From the human T2T-CHM13v2.0 reference genome, Homo sapiens: DNA of 64,000 nt. The first letter of the stretch is position 1. Every line of letters begins with the position of its first letter. The stretch is taken from assembly GCF_009914755.1 (NCBI RefSeq), contig NC_060926.1, one strand, 5' to 3'. Made by a program: the position numbers and the translations under genes. The notes under the pieces are model-generated. The model was given only the letters and a program-made list of their open reading frames with translations. It did not search any database and was not told where the DNA came from. This document shows positions 33,101 through 48,139 of this stretch, one piece after another.

Positions 33101-34394
33101 TTCTCTAACTCAAAGCAGGCAGAAGTATCTAATATTTATGCTTCCATCATTAGTATTTTTAAAGTACAAGAGACAAAAGCATTTTTAATCTCATGTATAT
33201 CATACATCAATATTTTTTAAGTCATCAGCATCACTATGCTAAGGAAATATTTTATATAAAGAAAATTATTTTCATAAAATAAAGAAACCATCTTTCTAGA
33301 GAAAATCCACATAATCCTATGCCCAAATATAAATATAACATTTACAGTACTGACTACAGCATCCATCTTATTCTAGTTTAACATACTTCAGTGTGCATTT
33401 TATCATGTGCTTACCTCATCCTTTTTATAAAGTATCTCTTATCAGCTCAACCATTTCCTAATGTTATGCACTAATGGTAATAACATTGTAACAGGTCCGA
33501 GAATGCTGTGGCCCAAACTACTCTGATTCCTGTGTGGCACTCACACCTGGCCCTGCATCATTTCTAGAGCATTTTAAGACCAGGTTAAAGACTGGGATCC
33601 CTTCATGTATGCTGATCCCAAGAATGGACCGACCTGGCTAAAGTTTATTGCATTTCAAGATATAAAACAACTTCTATTATATTTTTCTTTTGGTGATATT
33701 TGATTTAACCTAAAGGAAAACAAAAGAACAACTAAATATTCATTTCTGCCTGTACTAACAGGGCAGGTAAGAGTGCCAGAGTAACAAGTAGTTTCCAAAT
33801 GCACAATGAAACACAGGAGTGCATTGGCCAAAGAGAATGCAAAATATCAGCTCTTGCTATATAGCTAACAATGTGCTGCTCTTTTTGGAATTAGAAAATT
33901 ATAGAATATATTTAATAACAATCTGGTATATGTTTTCATGTCAATGAAAAGTGGATAAATTTAGATGGTTGCTGTTTATGTGCATTTGATCAAATCTTTT
34001 CTGAATTTGACATGAAAATACACTTGTGCAGCTTTCATTGGTTGGGTCACAATTTTAGAATAAAACAAACTATTTGAAAACCATTTGCAAACTAATGTAC
34101 AAAAGCAAGATCGCAGATGATTATATGACTCTGGCAGCTTACATAAGCTTTCTGCAGGATTTTCTTTCAGAATCTCTATACATAGGCTCAAACAGAAGTT
34201 ATTTCCGTTGTTAGCACCATATTTTAAAGAAAAAAAATACTATGGTGTTGTATCTAATCTTGTGACCCCTGACCTTTACCAAAGCGGATTGGCATTATGT
34301 TTAAGTTCTTAAATTACAGATCAAGAAAATGCATACAGAAGATGGGGGGGGGGGCACACCTAATTAATTTTTATATTTAGATTAAAGAAAATAA

Positions 34395-34742
<348 letters not shown>

Positions 34743-35732
34743 TGAAAAAAAATGCAACTTTTTAAAAGGCAAAGTTTAATTTATGTAATTAGATATTTTC
34801 ATTTTTATGAATCATTTTTAACTCTAAGAAATTATTAACTGGCTTTTCTGTGGCCTTCTAAAATATCTTACAGGAGAGAAAGCCAAATCACACACATCTC
34901 TCTTTAGTTTAAAAATTCAATAAATAAGAAAGTGAGAGAAGTAATTTATTATGTACTATTTTGTGATATTATAATGGGTAATAATTGATAAGTGTACATT
35001 TAAATTTGTCCTTGACTGAAACAGCTCCTATTTCAGTCAAGGTTAAATATTTTTTATTATTTCTGAAAAAAGATAGATCATAAAAATGCCAAAATATACT
35101 ATGAGTCATATGATATGGGGCAATATGTCACTGGAGTAATCGCAAAAGGATTTTCTGAAGAAAGCTAAAATTATGTAATTTGAGGTATGGATCAGTTATA
35201 TATTGTAATAGCAATGCTGTGTATCAAACCACCAAAAACCCTGGGCTCTAAGCTGCTTTTCTAGTTTTGACTCCTATTTCCTTCTGTGTAACTCACAGAC
35301 TTTCTTGTCACTAAGTTTTACTTGTATCATTGTTTCTCCATTCTTACAGCTTCATTTTCTACATATGTCTCTTATATATCCTTCAAGATCTAGTCTCAAA
35401 TCCATTTCCTCCATAAAGCTCAGAAATTAAAGTTTACCAGAAAACTCTCATAATACTTTGTTTTGTGATAATTGTTGCTTTCCATAACTATAGAATTGTA
35501 GACAAATTGCCCCAACTTAAAATGTACATTCTTTGAGGACAAGGCTATGTTTTACATGTTATAGTATTACAATTTGTTCTATGCAATTTTTTGACAATAG
35601 TAGATACTCAATAAGTATTTGTTGAAGAGCCTTTGATCTAGCAATCCAGAAATTATACAAAGGTGTTTATTGGATTGTTATTGATAATGGCCAGATTTAA
35701 AGCAAACGAAGTATTCAATAATGGTGGAATTG

Positions 35733-36017
35733 GGCTGGGCACAGTGGCTCACACCTGTAATCCCAGCACTTTGGGAGGCCGAGGCAGGCGGATCACTTGA
35801 GGTCAGGAGTTCAAGACCAGCCAGGCAAACATGGTAAGACCCCATCTCTACCGGGCGTAGTGGTATGTGCCTGTAATACCAGCTACTTGGGAGGCTGAGG
35901 CAGGAGAATCGCTTGAACCTGGGAGACAGAGGCTGCAGTGCATGAGCCGAGGTCAGGCCACTGCACTCCAGCCCGGACAATAGAGTGAGACTCCCTCTCA
36001 AAAAAAAAAAAAAAAAA
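35733..36017 (+). mobile_element. AluS lacking the central A-rich linker
   Basis: cccatctcta joins directly to ccgggcgtag; ggtggaat is repeated on both flanks. Confidence 0.93.
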
Positions 36018-36466
36018 GGTGGAATAGTTATATTAATTATAGTAATCATATTTAGAGAAATATTATGAAATCTTTCACAAATTTATTTACTTATAATAAA
36101 GATGGGAAATAGTTATACCATTAAGTGAACTAATCAGAATTCAAATATGTAAAGTGTCCATATAGAGTGGAATTACACTCATAGGATAAGGACAGGATGG
36201 AAATACCAACTTTTGGTAAGTTTATTTTCTTTTTGGTTCTTCTATTTTTTATATATTGTGTTTTTGTAATGTAATCCATTATAGTAGTGCTATAAACATA
36301 AAAATAAATATTTATTAAACAAATGATTAAAAAGCCATATAGATGATTTTAAGATAGCTTTTGTAAGCGGAAGCTATCTTAAAAATTAATGTTATTTACA
36401 ATGTATTATCAGGTAATAATGTAAATGAATCTCCCACCAACACAAATATACCTAATCAAAGAGTAA

Positions 36467-36667
<201 letters not shown>

Positions 36668-36989
36668 TGATCCACTCCTTCACCTTTCATCTGAAATCTT
36701 TTCCCTTTCCCTTCAATCAACTCATATTACCCACTTTTAAATTAAGGTGTTTGTAAGAATGAGAAGAAATATGTGTGACGTGTTTAGCACATATGAGAGG
36801 CTTAGTAAATAGCAATTTTTATCACTCTGTCTGGAGTAGCCCTCGGGTGGAACCAAACTCAGATCATTATGGTTTCTTCTAATGTTTAAAGAAGGATCTT
36901 TCTGACTTTCAGTCATCAGAGGCAGTTCTTATTAAGACTGGTTATGTACACATGATGTAGGATTATCAGCTAAATATCAAACTGAAGCA

Positions 36990-37787
36990 CGATATTTCCC
37001 TGACCCCTTTGCAGGTGAGAACTAGAGTGCATGGGTGCCGGTAGGAGCGAACTCCACTCACTCACTGCTCCACCCCTCACAGGAGGGGGAGCGCAGGTGA
37101 CTGGGTGCAGGAGCCAAGGCAAATGCATTTGGGCACTGCAAGAGTGAACTCCATACCGGCCCCACAGGAGCGTCTAGGGGAGGGTGCCTGCGATCCTTGA
37201 AGCCCTAGAGGAAGTGTTACAGTGCCCTTTTAGCTTTGCCATCCATGGATGGCTTAAATGTTAACAGTTCAGTGGAGGGTCAGAGTGACAGCCTTTTGCA
37301 CCCACACTTGTGGTACCCAAGTTCATGTCCGGCGTCCAGGAGGAATGAGTTTGTACAAATGACTTGAAGATGGTAAATACAGGGGATTTTATTGCCAGCG
37401 AAAGTGGCTCTCAGAGGGAAGAGGAGCTGAAAGGAGATGGAGCAGGAAGGTAATCTTCCCCTGGAGTCTGGCCATCCCCAGCCAGACTCCTCTCCGAAGC
37501 TATGCTGTCAAGCTGTCCCTCTGATGTCAAGCTACTTCTCTCTAATGTCCAACTGTAGTCTCTGATGTCCAGCTGTTCCTCCTGTCTGCCTGCTGAGTTC
37601 TGGGCTTTATATAGGCACAGGATGGGGGCAGGGTGCACCATGGGTGGTTTTGGAAAAGGCAACATTTAAGTGAGAAAACAGGGATGTATATTCTCACTTT
37701 GGGCCACGGTTCCAGGCTTGAGGGTGGAGCCCTCGCCGGGTACCCGTCCTCTTCTGCCCAGAATTTCTCTGCCTCTTGTTCCTGTCA
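36990..37787 (-). mobile_element. ERV1-class solo LTR (MER52/LTR27-like)
   Basis: GC-rich island; gtccggcgtccaggaggaatgag...ggattttattgcc...aagtggctctcag (AATAAA on the minus strand); tttatata at ~37607 is a possible minus-strand TATA; ends tgtca. Confidence 0.8.
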
Positions 37788-38207
37788 AAATTGCTTAACA
37801 TAAACTCCATGCTGCAGGGGACTCCTCTGTCTTCTTCACACTGATTCGCTATTGCCAACCACAGTGAATGATAAGAAGTAGACTCACTTAATTACTGACT
37901 AGCAAAAAAATGATGGCATTACAAACTTATGTCTGATTTCATTCAATGAAATGATCAACTGGATCAAAATATTAATATAATGAAAATGATATGACCTATT
38001 TTCTTAATTGGTGATACAAATGTGGTTGCATTCCTTTTACTGTTTCAATTTAATTAATAACTAGAGTGTTTGGTGAGTTGATTTCATTAGGAGAATTACT
38101 GCATTGGATCTGGAGGCCTCTAAGGCGAATTCTGATTTGACTAAGAATCCTGTGTCCTGCCATATACTCAGTTTAAAGAGGATCAGCCATGCTTTATTTT
38201 CTTTACC

Positions 38208-38512
<305 letters not shown>

Positions 38513-39409
38513 AGACATGCTTTCTAAAGCCAAGTAGAGAGAGAACTATGAAGTCTCATTAGTGACTAGTACCTTTGCTGTAGGAGCTCTTTGTTCTCAG
38601 TTACACCCAGTCAGTGCTCACCAAATTGCACAACGTGCTGGCACAGTGGCTGGCTCCTCAGGGGTTTACAGCTTCAGCTATAAGCAAAGCCCAGAAACCT
38701 TTAGGTCCTTGTATGGAGCTCTGGTTACAAGCCCTGATTCTTGTTATCTAAAAAAGAAAATGTTCCTTTGTCTTTAATCCAGGCTGCCAGGTTTTCCTGA
38801 TAATTTTTCCGATAAGAAGATCAAGTTAGATAAATAGTCTTTTCATTCTGGAAGCCTCAGGAGTTCCTGCAAATGAGTTACCCACTCTTTCCCAAGGGCT
38901 CTGGAAAATTCTGTCAAAGGGAATTTCCAAACGTACACCCACCCGCCTCCACACACACACAGACACACAGAGAGAGGGAGAGAGACAGGAAAGTGAGCAA
39001 TGACAATCCTTTCCTTTTTCTGTAGGCTGAGGGACCTCCCTGCTTTATATCTGCATTACTAGAGGATGCATTCCATTGAGTCTGCACTGAATGAGACCAA
39101 TCTACTCCCAGGCGTTCCACTGCCTCCTGATCTAGAGAGAAGCAGCTGGCAGTCTCTCAAAAATTTTAAGCTCTTTGGGGGTACACTGAGACCAAAATTT
39201 AAAAATTACTGAAACCCTTGGTTGACTGAAATGCCCAGTCAGCAGTCATTTATGATCAGATAATGATAAAGTAAAATTCAGCCATGGGAAACATTAAACC
39301 TTCCAGCCTTAGGCACCTGATAAGAGCTTGCATCGTTTCCTTTTTTAAGAAATCATCAATTAGAGACTGTTTCTGATCATAAAATTTAATAGAATTTTTT
39401 GACTTACAG

Positions 39410-39583
39410 GCCTTTGAAGATATATACATTGAGCAGCGAAAAACCATTAAGACCATGTTAGAATATGCTGACAAGGTTTTCACTTACATATTCATTCTGG
39501 AAATGCTGCTAAAGTGGGTTGCATATGGTTTTCAAGTGTATTTTACCAATGCCTGGTGCTGGCTAGACTTCCTGATTGTTGAT
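39410..39583 (+). CDS. SCN2A: Nav1.2 exon 20 (174 nt; [11 protein letters not shown]...[13 protein letters not shown]2-S3)
   Basis: ttacAG|gccttt acceptor and GAT|GTGAGT donor; ORF 39455..39661. Confidence 0.97.
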
Positions 39584-42264
39584 GTGAGTATGCTGCACTT
39601 TGCTGCTTTATTCATTGGCATATATGTAATAGTTCTAGCAATGGTGCCTGACACAGTGTAGGCACTCAGTAACACTGTATCAGCCCAAATATAAATTATG
39701 TTTCTCATTTCACAGTGAGAGGATGCCTCAAAACATTTTTTACCAATTTAAGTACATATACATTCATAGATAAAAATCAAATGCCATCATACTATACTTA
39801 TTCACTTAATTTCAAATTAATATTTAAAATCTCAAGTTATGCAAAATAAAATATGAATTTAGAAATTTTGCTTTTTGCACGCTCACATTTCGCAAAATAA
39901 CTTGTATTTAAATTTTTCACAGGCATCTTTGACATTAGTATGTTTGTCATCACTAAAGCCTGTTGAGTTTAGGTCACACAGATGAATCATTAATTACAAA
40001 GAAATTTGAAAGTCCAAAAAGCAAGAGACACCACTTGATTTGTATGATATAGAAGCAAATTGGCTATTGACCAAGTAGCCAAAGATTTTATTAAACCACA
40101 TTGGTGTTGAAATAAAATAAGATAGAGTACTAAAATATGAGGGTTTTTATATAATTGAATATGAGGCAAATCTACCATTAAATGTACTACTACTATTAAA
40201 TGTATAAAGGTTACATGCAGAATTACATTAACAGTCTCTGGCAATAAAGGAAGACAATAAATAATATTTAGAACTACATAAGTGTGGACATTACAAACAA
40301 TAGAAAATGCACCAAAACTATAACCATTCTTTTATTTGTATAATGGGATTATGCATGATACTATTTCTTTTCTCTATTTTCTGTATGTACTTATCATAGG
40401 TTGGTAAATCCATAATAAAAATATCTGATACTTGATATATCTATGTTAGGATAAAAGTATCAAGTCAGCACTGCTTGAATATAAGGAAACTCTTAAGAGA
40501 AATCTAGTTGTCCTGCAGCTAATGATCATATTACCCAAAGTACTCTGATATTTACCTTTTTAGATTTAAGAAAACTATTATGATAGTATATGAAACTGAT
40601 CAACACTTTGCCTTAAATCAAATATGCTTATTGCTCATCTATTTCGTTATGAAAGATACAAATATAAATAAGTCATTTTTCTAGTCCTGCAGTAGCTTAC
40701 AGTTGAAAAGTGAGGACAGCTGCGTACACAGTAAGTCGACACCTGTATTACAAGTGCCACCTCTTTACTTGAGGAAGGAGGAAAGGCTTCAATAGGGAAG
40801 TGGAGTGTGAGCTGGAGCTTGAGAGATGTGAATGCTAGCAGGCACAGCTGAGGGAGGAACACGGATTCGTTAAAACGTTGGTGCATGACATGCAGGGCGG
40901 GTTCCAGAAACAAGTAGATAGGGTGAGGTAAGCCTTTGTAATGGGATGATAAGGTAAGAAAGATAAGTTAGAAAAGATCTGAAGAACCTGAGGTGCCATC
41001 CAAGGAAATTTGGACTTATTATTTAATACAGAGGAAGCTATTGAAGAATTACATATAGGGAAGTGACAAGACCTGCTTGTTCTTTTAGTGAGGGAAGTTA
41101 GGTGGAGGTGAGAATGACGGAATAGAAAGGAAATTTATTTAGAGATCAAAACACCAATTAGGAGATTGCTGCAATGTCCCAGAAAGAGAAGGCCTATATG
41201 TATCTTCTTTTCCACATTTAGCTACACAAGTCACATAAAACTGAATATTTTACAACTTCTTTTCAGCCAGTAAATACTACCCCATTCAAAATATTTTCCT
41301 CTGTCTAACTTTTATCTTTCATCCTTTAACTTATGCTTATCTCTTTTTGGTTCTGTCTTCAGAGAAGGTAAAGTACTACAGGTCCTTATATCTTAAATAC
41401 AGAAAAGCTTCACAACTCATGATAATTCAGTAACTATTTTTCAATTATCTGTTAAAAAGGGACTTACAAAGCCTAAGAGTTTGGATTTTAAGGGAACTAT
41501 ATGAACTATGTAAGACATAATTTTACAACTCATTGTTTTCTGTATTCAAGAGGCTTCACTTTCAAATTGCATGTGCAAAATTATTTTGAATAAGTTGTTT
41601 TTTGTAACAACTTTCAATGTGCTTCACTTATTTTCCTTAAAAAATATATTTTTCAAATATATTAACACCATACTCTTAAAAGCTGTATTGCATATTTATT
41701 TTTATTTATCTGCTTTTGAAATTCAGGTGTACTTTAGAACAAAATAGCTTATATAATTTTAATAATTTTTCTATATGTTTTCAAGGAAATTGGACATGTG
41801 TATGTCCCCCGACCGTTTTTCTTTTTCTTTTTAGCTAAGACTTTATAATTTTTCTCAACTACATTAGTCAACTGTATGAATAACTAAAGACAACATTGTT
41901 CTTGCAATTTCTAATTTATCATAAAATCTCAACTTTTTTTATTCACTAATTTTGTCTGACCTAATTAATGATATTATGCCCTTCAAACTGAAATTTACAA
42001 AAGTCAAAGCTGCTTTTTAGAGACCTATTCCTTTTTAAATGTGTTCATGCTCATATTCACCAGTGGTTTGTATAGTTTACTTGTGTATCAAATGTTACTT
42101 TCCATTTCAGATCTGCTCAATATTATTAGAAATGATACAGAAATAAGTTTTACAGATCTGTAGAGGAAGGTCACATTTCTCTCTCTTTTTTTTCTTTACT
42201 TTTAATTTTTTAAAAACATTTCCTACCAAGAATCTTGAAAAAGAGCACATATATGGGCTTCTTT

Positions 42265-42429
42265 TTTATAAGTGTTCGCAGACTAGTATCATTAACTTCA
42301 CCCTGGGAACCTGTAGAAATGCAAATTCTTAGGCCTTTCCCCAAACTTACTAAGTCAGACTCTGCTATTGGTGTTTTTAACAAGACCCCTGGGTGATTTT
42401 GAAACTCATGAAAGTTCGAGAATTACTGA
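42265..42429. mobile_element. MER5A (hAT-Charlie MITE)
   Basis: ctgggaacctgtagaaatgcaaattcttaggcc...tttaacaagacccctgggtgatt...aagttcgagaattactg. Confidence 0.8.
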
Positions 42430-42508
42430 TTCATTGCATAGAGCAAGGCTGAACTGTGTAGACATTTTTATATGTAAATAAGAAAATTGTGTTGCTTTTT
42501 CTGTATAG

Positions 42509-42784
<276 letters not shown>

Positions 42785-43902
42785 TAATACTTGGCACTGC
42801 TGGAGTCACTCACAGAGTAGTATATTGCCAGAGGGATTGTTTCTGATTAGCTAGATTTTCACTTCTTGGAAAATCTCTATAGTTATGCTGCTGATTTGAA
42901 TCAAGATTATTTATGTTCACTTCATTTATAAATGTGCAGGAAATCCTACTCGCTGTAGTTTAAGCCTACCAAATCATTGCTCATCATTTCTTCACTACTC
43001 CGCTGTGATACACTTTGAGCCTTTTGATGTTTGAATCAGGCCTTTTAGTTCTTAAACACAGGCTGAAATGGCTAAAAAGTAGGTCAACTGGAAATCTAAC
43101 GCTCATTTAGAAGGGTGGTACAAAAGAACAGAGGAGTTTGTGCTGACATTTGTCGTCCCCTGAGGCACAAAACCTGAGACCACATACCCTCACCACCTAG
43201 AAAATGATGATGCCTTGTCTCAGTTGTTTTAGCTGGTTCAAAGAGGATTTTAAAAAAATGATACTTTTTGTGATATTTGAAAATAAGTTGCTTAGACTTT
43301 ATCTGCATGTTATAGTGATACTAGCTCATATTTTCTAACTAAGAAAATAGTTACTTAGACTTTATCTAGTGTTACAATCACAACTAGAGATGAATGGTGT
43401 GTGTAGATGTGTGTCTGTATATGCATGGTTACATAGAAAAGTGTTATTAGCGGTAAAATTCTTTTTACTTTACCAATTAGAAAGAACAGTTTTTGCAGTA
43501 GAAGGCTTAATAAACAAAAGGTATCAATCTTTCAGTACCAGAATACTGTTTATATTTTCTGTGTGGAATTTGATCCCCAAGTGGTCTCTTTTACTCTCAA
43601 ATTTTGGACAGCAAATTGTATGGTTTGTATGATTTTTTGAAAGTGATGTTCACTTCTATATTCATGCCACTGTTTATACTCTTAATTATTTTTGGCATTT
43701 GCTGTTAGTTCCATCCTTTGAGGTAAATTTGCTACATGTGTGTTATTACCTCTTGAGAAAACATTCTCCAATATAAAATTCGTTGTATACTCTTCTGATT
43801 TATAATTTTAAAATTCTTAGTTGGAGCTACCAGAGTCTAGTTTCTACCCAATATTCAACTTTGAAACAGATTTTTTTAATCATTTGACTGTTCTTTTAAT
43901 AA

Positions 43903-44283
<381 letters not shown>

Positions 44284-44317
44284 TAATTAAAATGAGTCTA
44301 AAGTTTTTCTTCCTCAT

Positions 44318-45602
44318 AATGAGATATCCACCTGTTAGAATGGCTATTATCAAACAGATAAATGACAATAAATGCTGGCAAGAATGTGAAGAAAAGGGAA
44401 CCCTTGTACATTGTTGGCAGGGATGTAAATTAGTATAGCTTTTATGGAAAACAGTATGGAGGTTTCTCAAAAAACTAAAAATAGAACCACTATGTGATCC
44501 AACAATTCCATTACTGGGTATATATACAAAGGAAATTAAATCAACATGTCAAAGAGATGTCTGCACTCTCACACTCACTGCAGCACTATTCACAATAGCC
44601 AAAATATGGAAACAACCTAATTGTCCATCAACAGATATGTGGATAAAGAAAAGTGTGTGTGTGTGTACATATATGTATATGTATATATATACACACACGT
44701 ATTTCTATATACACACGTATAGATATACACTGTATATGTATATATCTATACACATATATAGACATACACAGAAACAGTGTTTGTGTATGTGTGCGTGTAT
44801 ATAGAAGTAGTCAGGGAAGGGGCAGAGCCTGTGGCACTAAGAAACTGAGAAAATGTACAAGACTTTTGTTTTCAGAATTACTATGTCCGCACAACAGAAA
44901 AAGTATTTCAAAAAGTAAATGCGCTTGAATGTATTTGTTTTCAGTTTAGGAAACTGCTTCTTTTTGTAGAGTGCCTTAAAATAGTATGTTCAACAATATT
45001 AAAAAGATTTTCAAAAATAAGCCCTCATGATTGATGATTGGTAATAATCATTTAAAAACTTATTGGATGTATATATATGTGTGTGTATACACGCACACAC
45101 ACACACACACACCCCTATAGACATACACAATGAAATAGTATTCAGCCTTTAAAGAAGAAGGAAATCCTGTCCTTTTATACAACATTGATTCACCTGGAGG
45201 AAATTAAGTGAAATAAGCCAGGCACAGAAAGACAAATGACACATGATGTCACTTATATATGGAATCTAAAAAACACAAACTCACAGAAACAGAAAGCAGA
45301 ATGACAATCACCAGGGGCTGGGGGATGATGGGAGATGTTGGTCAAAGGATACAAAATTCAATTCGACAGGAAGAATACATTCTGTAGAGCTATTGTACAG
45401 CATGGTGACTATAGTTAATAATAATATATTATATACTTGAAAATAGCTAAGTGAGTAGATATGTTTTCTCATCAGAAAAAAATAAGTATATGAAGCGATA
45501 ATTATATATTACTTAGCTTGAGTTAGCCATTTCACAATATATATATATTTGAAAACATCATTTTGTACAACATAAATATATTCATTTTTATTTGTCAATT
45601 AA
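44318..45602 (+). mobile_element. L1M(A) 3' end, interrupted by a microsatellite and a ~250-bp templated insertion
   Basis: aatgagatat..cacctgttagaatggctattatcaaa...ggataaagaaaa [break] acatacacaatgaaatagtattcagcc...tttatttgtcaattaaaaa. Confidence 0.9.
44808..45058 (+). repeat. Local duplication, copy A (~250 bp; partner 46205-46461)
   Basis: Shared tagtcagg...agagcctgtggcactaag...aggaaactgcttc...caacaatattaa...gtaataatcattta; about 80-85% identity by eye. Confidence 0.93.
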
Positions 45603-45974
45603 AAAATGAATATATTTTTGAAAAGCAATTAAAATAAAAATGCATATACATTTTAGGAACTCTATATAGATGCACTAAAACTATATAAAAATGATATAAT
45701 ACTATACAACAATAAAATAAAATTTTTCTTCCTCTGTGTTTACAAATACTTCCTTAGGCCCATCTGCCTAGATTCCTCTTACCATGATTGAACTATCTTT
45801 TCTGCCCCACGCTGGAAACATGATGGTTCTAAAAACTTTATTGTCTCCCTGACTATGCATTTGGTAGCATAGCCAAGTCCTTTGTTACTGGGAGTTTAAT
45901 CTAGGCACTCATTGTTTTCCTCCCTTCCTACTCTGAGGAAAGAAGTGCTGGCCCCAAGGGGGGTTGAAAAGGGG

Positions 45975-46035
45975 TGTGTGTGTGTGTGTGTGTATGTGTC
46001 CACACGCGTGTGTGTAGATAGAGAAAGAGAGAGAG
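45975..46035 (+). repeat. (TG)n / (GA)n microsatellite
   Basis: Read directly from the sequence. Confidence 0.85.
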
Positions 46036-46204
46036 ACTTTCAAATAGGAAAATTGCTCTCTTGCAAATGAAAACTTTCCAATTAAGACTATTGTGTCTGC
46101 TATGCACTCATAATAATTCATTCAGCTATTCAACTGACTGCAGTATTAAATCTCCACTAGCTCCTGGACACAATCCACTTACACGATCCTCAAGACTATT
46201 AAAA

Positions 46205-46461
46205 TAGTCAGGAAAGGGAAGAGCCTGTGGCACTAAGGAACTGAAAAAATGTACAAGAGTTTTATTTTCAAGATCATTATGTCAACGGAGCAGAAAACAA
46301 ATATTTAAAAAAGGAAATGCAGTAGAATATATTGTTTTCAGATTAGGAAACTGCTTCCTCTTATAGAGTAATCACCTCAAAATAGTATGATCAACAATAT
46401 TAAGAAGATTTTCAAGAATAAGCTGTCATGATTGGTGATTGGTGTAATAATCATTTAGAAA
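46205..46461 (+). repeat. Local duplication, copy B (probable source of 44808-45058)
   Basis: Colinear alignment with copy A at an offset of ~1397. Confidence 0.93.
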
Positions 46462-46859
46462 AGAATAAGTAGAAAGGAAGCATTAAGATAAATAATGCAG
46501 CATACTTTTGAGCTTGTCTCATGCTGCTACTATACACATGAAATTTTTTCATCAAAGTTCATGATATATTTTTATATAAACACATCAGAGTCAAAGATTG
46601 TTCATATTGTTTTTATGATAGCATATTGTTACAGTAGATCATTATTTAATTATATATGCTAAATATCCACATAAGATGTTATAGAGGAATATAAATTTGA
46701 AGTATTTTCAATGCATATCGCAAAACATTGCCCCAAAAGTGAATACAAATTTCAAGCTTATTTATATGCCTGTATTGAATACATGTCAAATAGAATTTTG
46801 ATCAATTATTCAATTTATTTTCTAAAATTATAATTTTGGGAAAAAAGAAAATGATATGA

Positions 46860-47009
<150 letters not shown>

Positions 47010-47724
47010 TAAAATTATGTGCTTAATTTATAAAACCCATCTATATTATAAGGATAAAATATTTAATCATACTATTTCTTTCAAAATTATCATAGGATGA
47101 TTTTCTCTAATCACTCTGTATCTTTTAACATATCTTTTCTAGTATTTAGCAAGGCACCTGACACAAAACTTTATTGTATGTATTTTCAAAATGAGACATT
47201 TTATTTTTGGCTCTGATAGTCCTGGTCATTTGTGCATTAGAAGTTCTCACAGGCAATATTTTTTATCTGTAATATATTTCCTCCAGCTTTTGATCTTCCT
47301 TATAATAGGAAGGATATGACTAAAAACGGGGACAAAAATAAACAATTTAGTGTTTCTCTTGGGAAAGTGAGATTAAGTGGTAGAAGGGAGGGACTTTCCT
47401 AATCTACTTTATACATACCAGTACTTTGAATTCTTTTCTATAATTTTCATTAATTTCTCACTATTTAATGAGGAATGAAGTCACATTTTGAAAAAAAAAA
47501 AAAAGAGATTGATTTCTGGTATGCCAGAGCATGATAATAAAGCTCAAAATGCTCTTTCCCTAGCACCAGCAGCTAGCTTTCTGAGTGAAGAATTCCTGAG
47601 GTTTTTTTTTTTCTTTTTTCCACTTCATAAAAACAGAGAGGGAGCAAGAAAGCATGAAAAGCCCTGCATTGTATCTCTATAAGTGCTATCAGGAATTCCA
47701 GTTATGAGATTTTTCTGAATAGTA

Positions 47725-47890
47725 ATAATAATTTATTGATTATCACTATTCACTGTGCCAAGGACTTTCTCACATTATCCCATTTAATCCTAAATGACAA
47801 CCTTATTGTATAGGTGATACTAGCTCTATTTTACTACTGAAGCAAAGAGGCTTAATGCGTTAAATGGGAAAACAAGTTTTTGAACCCTGA
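47725..47890 (-). mobile_element. MIR
   Basis: cactgtgccaagg...cattatcccatttaatcct...tattttactactgaagcaaagaggctt. Confidence 0.65.
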
Positions 47891-48139
47891 CCACAAATAA
47901 TGGCTCATACCCACTTTCCACAGTGGTTCTTACCTTTTTGATTAATTAATTCAATGCTCTCTCCACCTTCCTTATCAATAGCTTATATGCCATGAAACAT
48001 TTTCAGTTTCTTCTTTAATAACTTAGCAGACCTTTTCTGCTGCAAAACTCCTGATTTCCAGCACATTACAAAAGATGAAAGCCAATTGAGCACTACATTT
48101 ATGAAAAGTTGCTGGATCTTGAACTTTAATTAGTAAATT

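Noticed and set aside
39584-42508. A paralogue of the SCN1A 20N / SCN8A 18N poison exon in intron 20
   Set aside because: I could not find a matching exon with credible splice sites by eye. A paralogue alignment is needed to exclude it formally.
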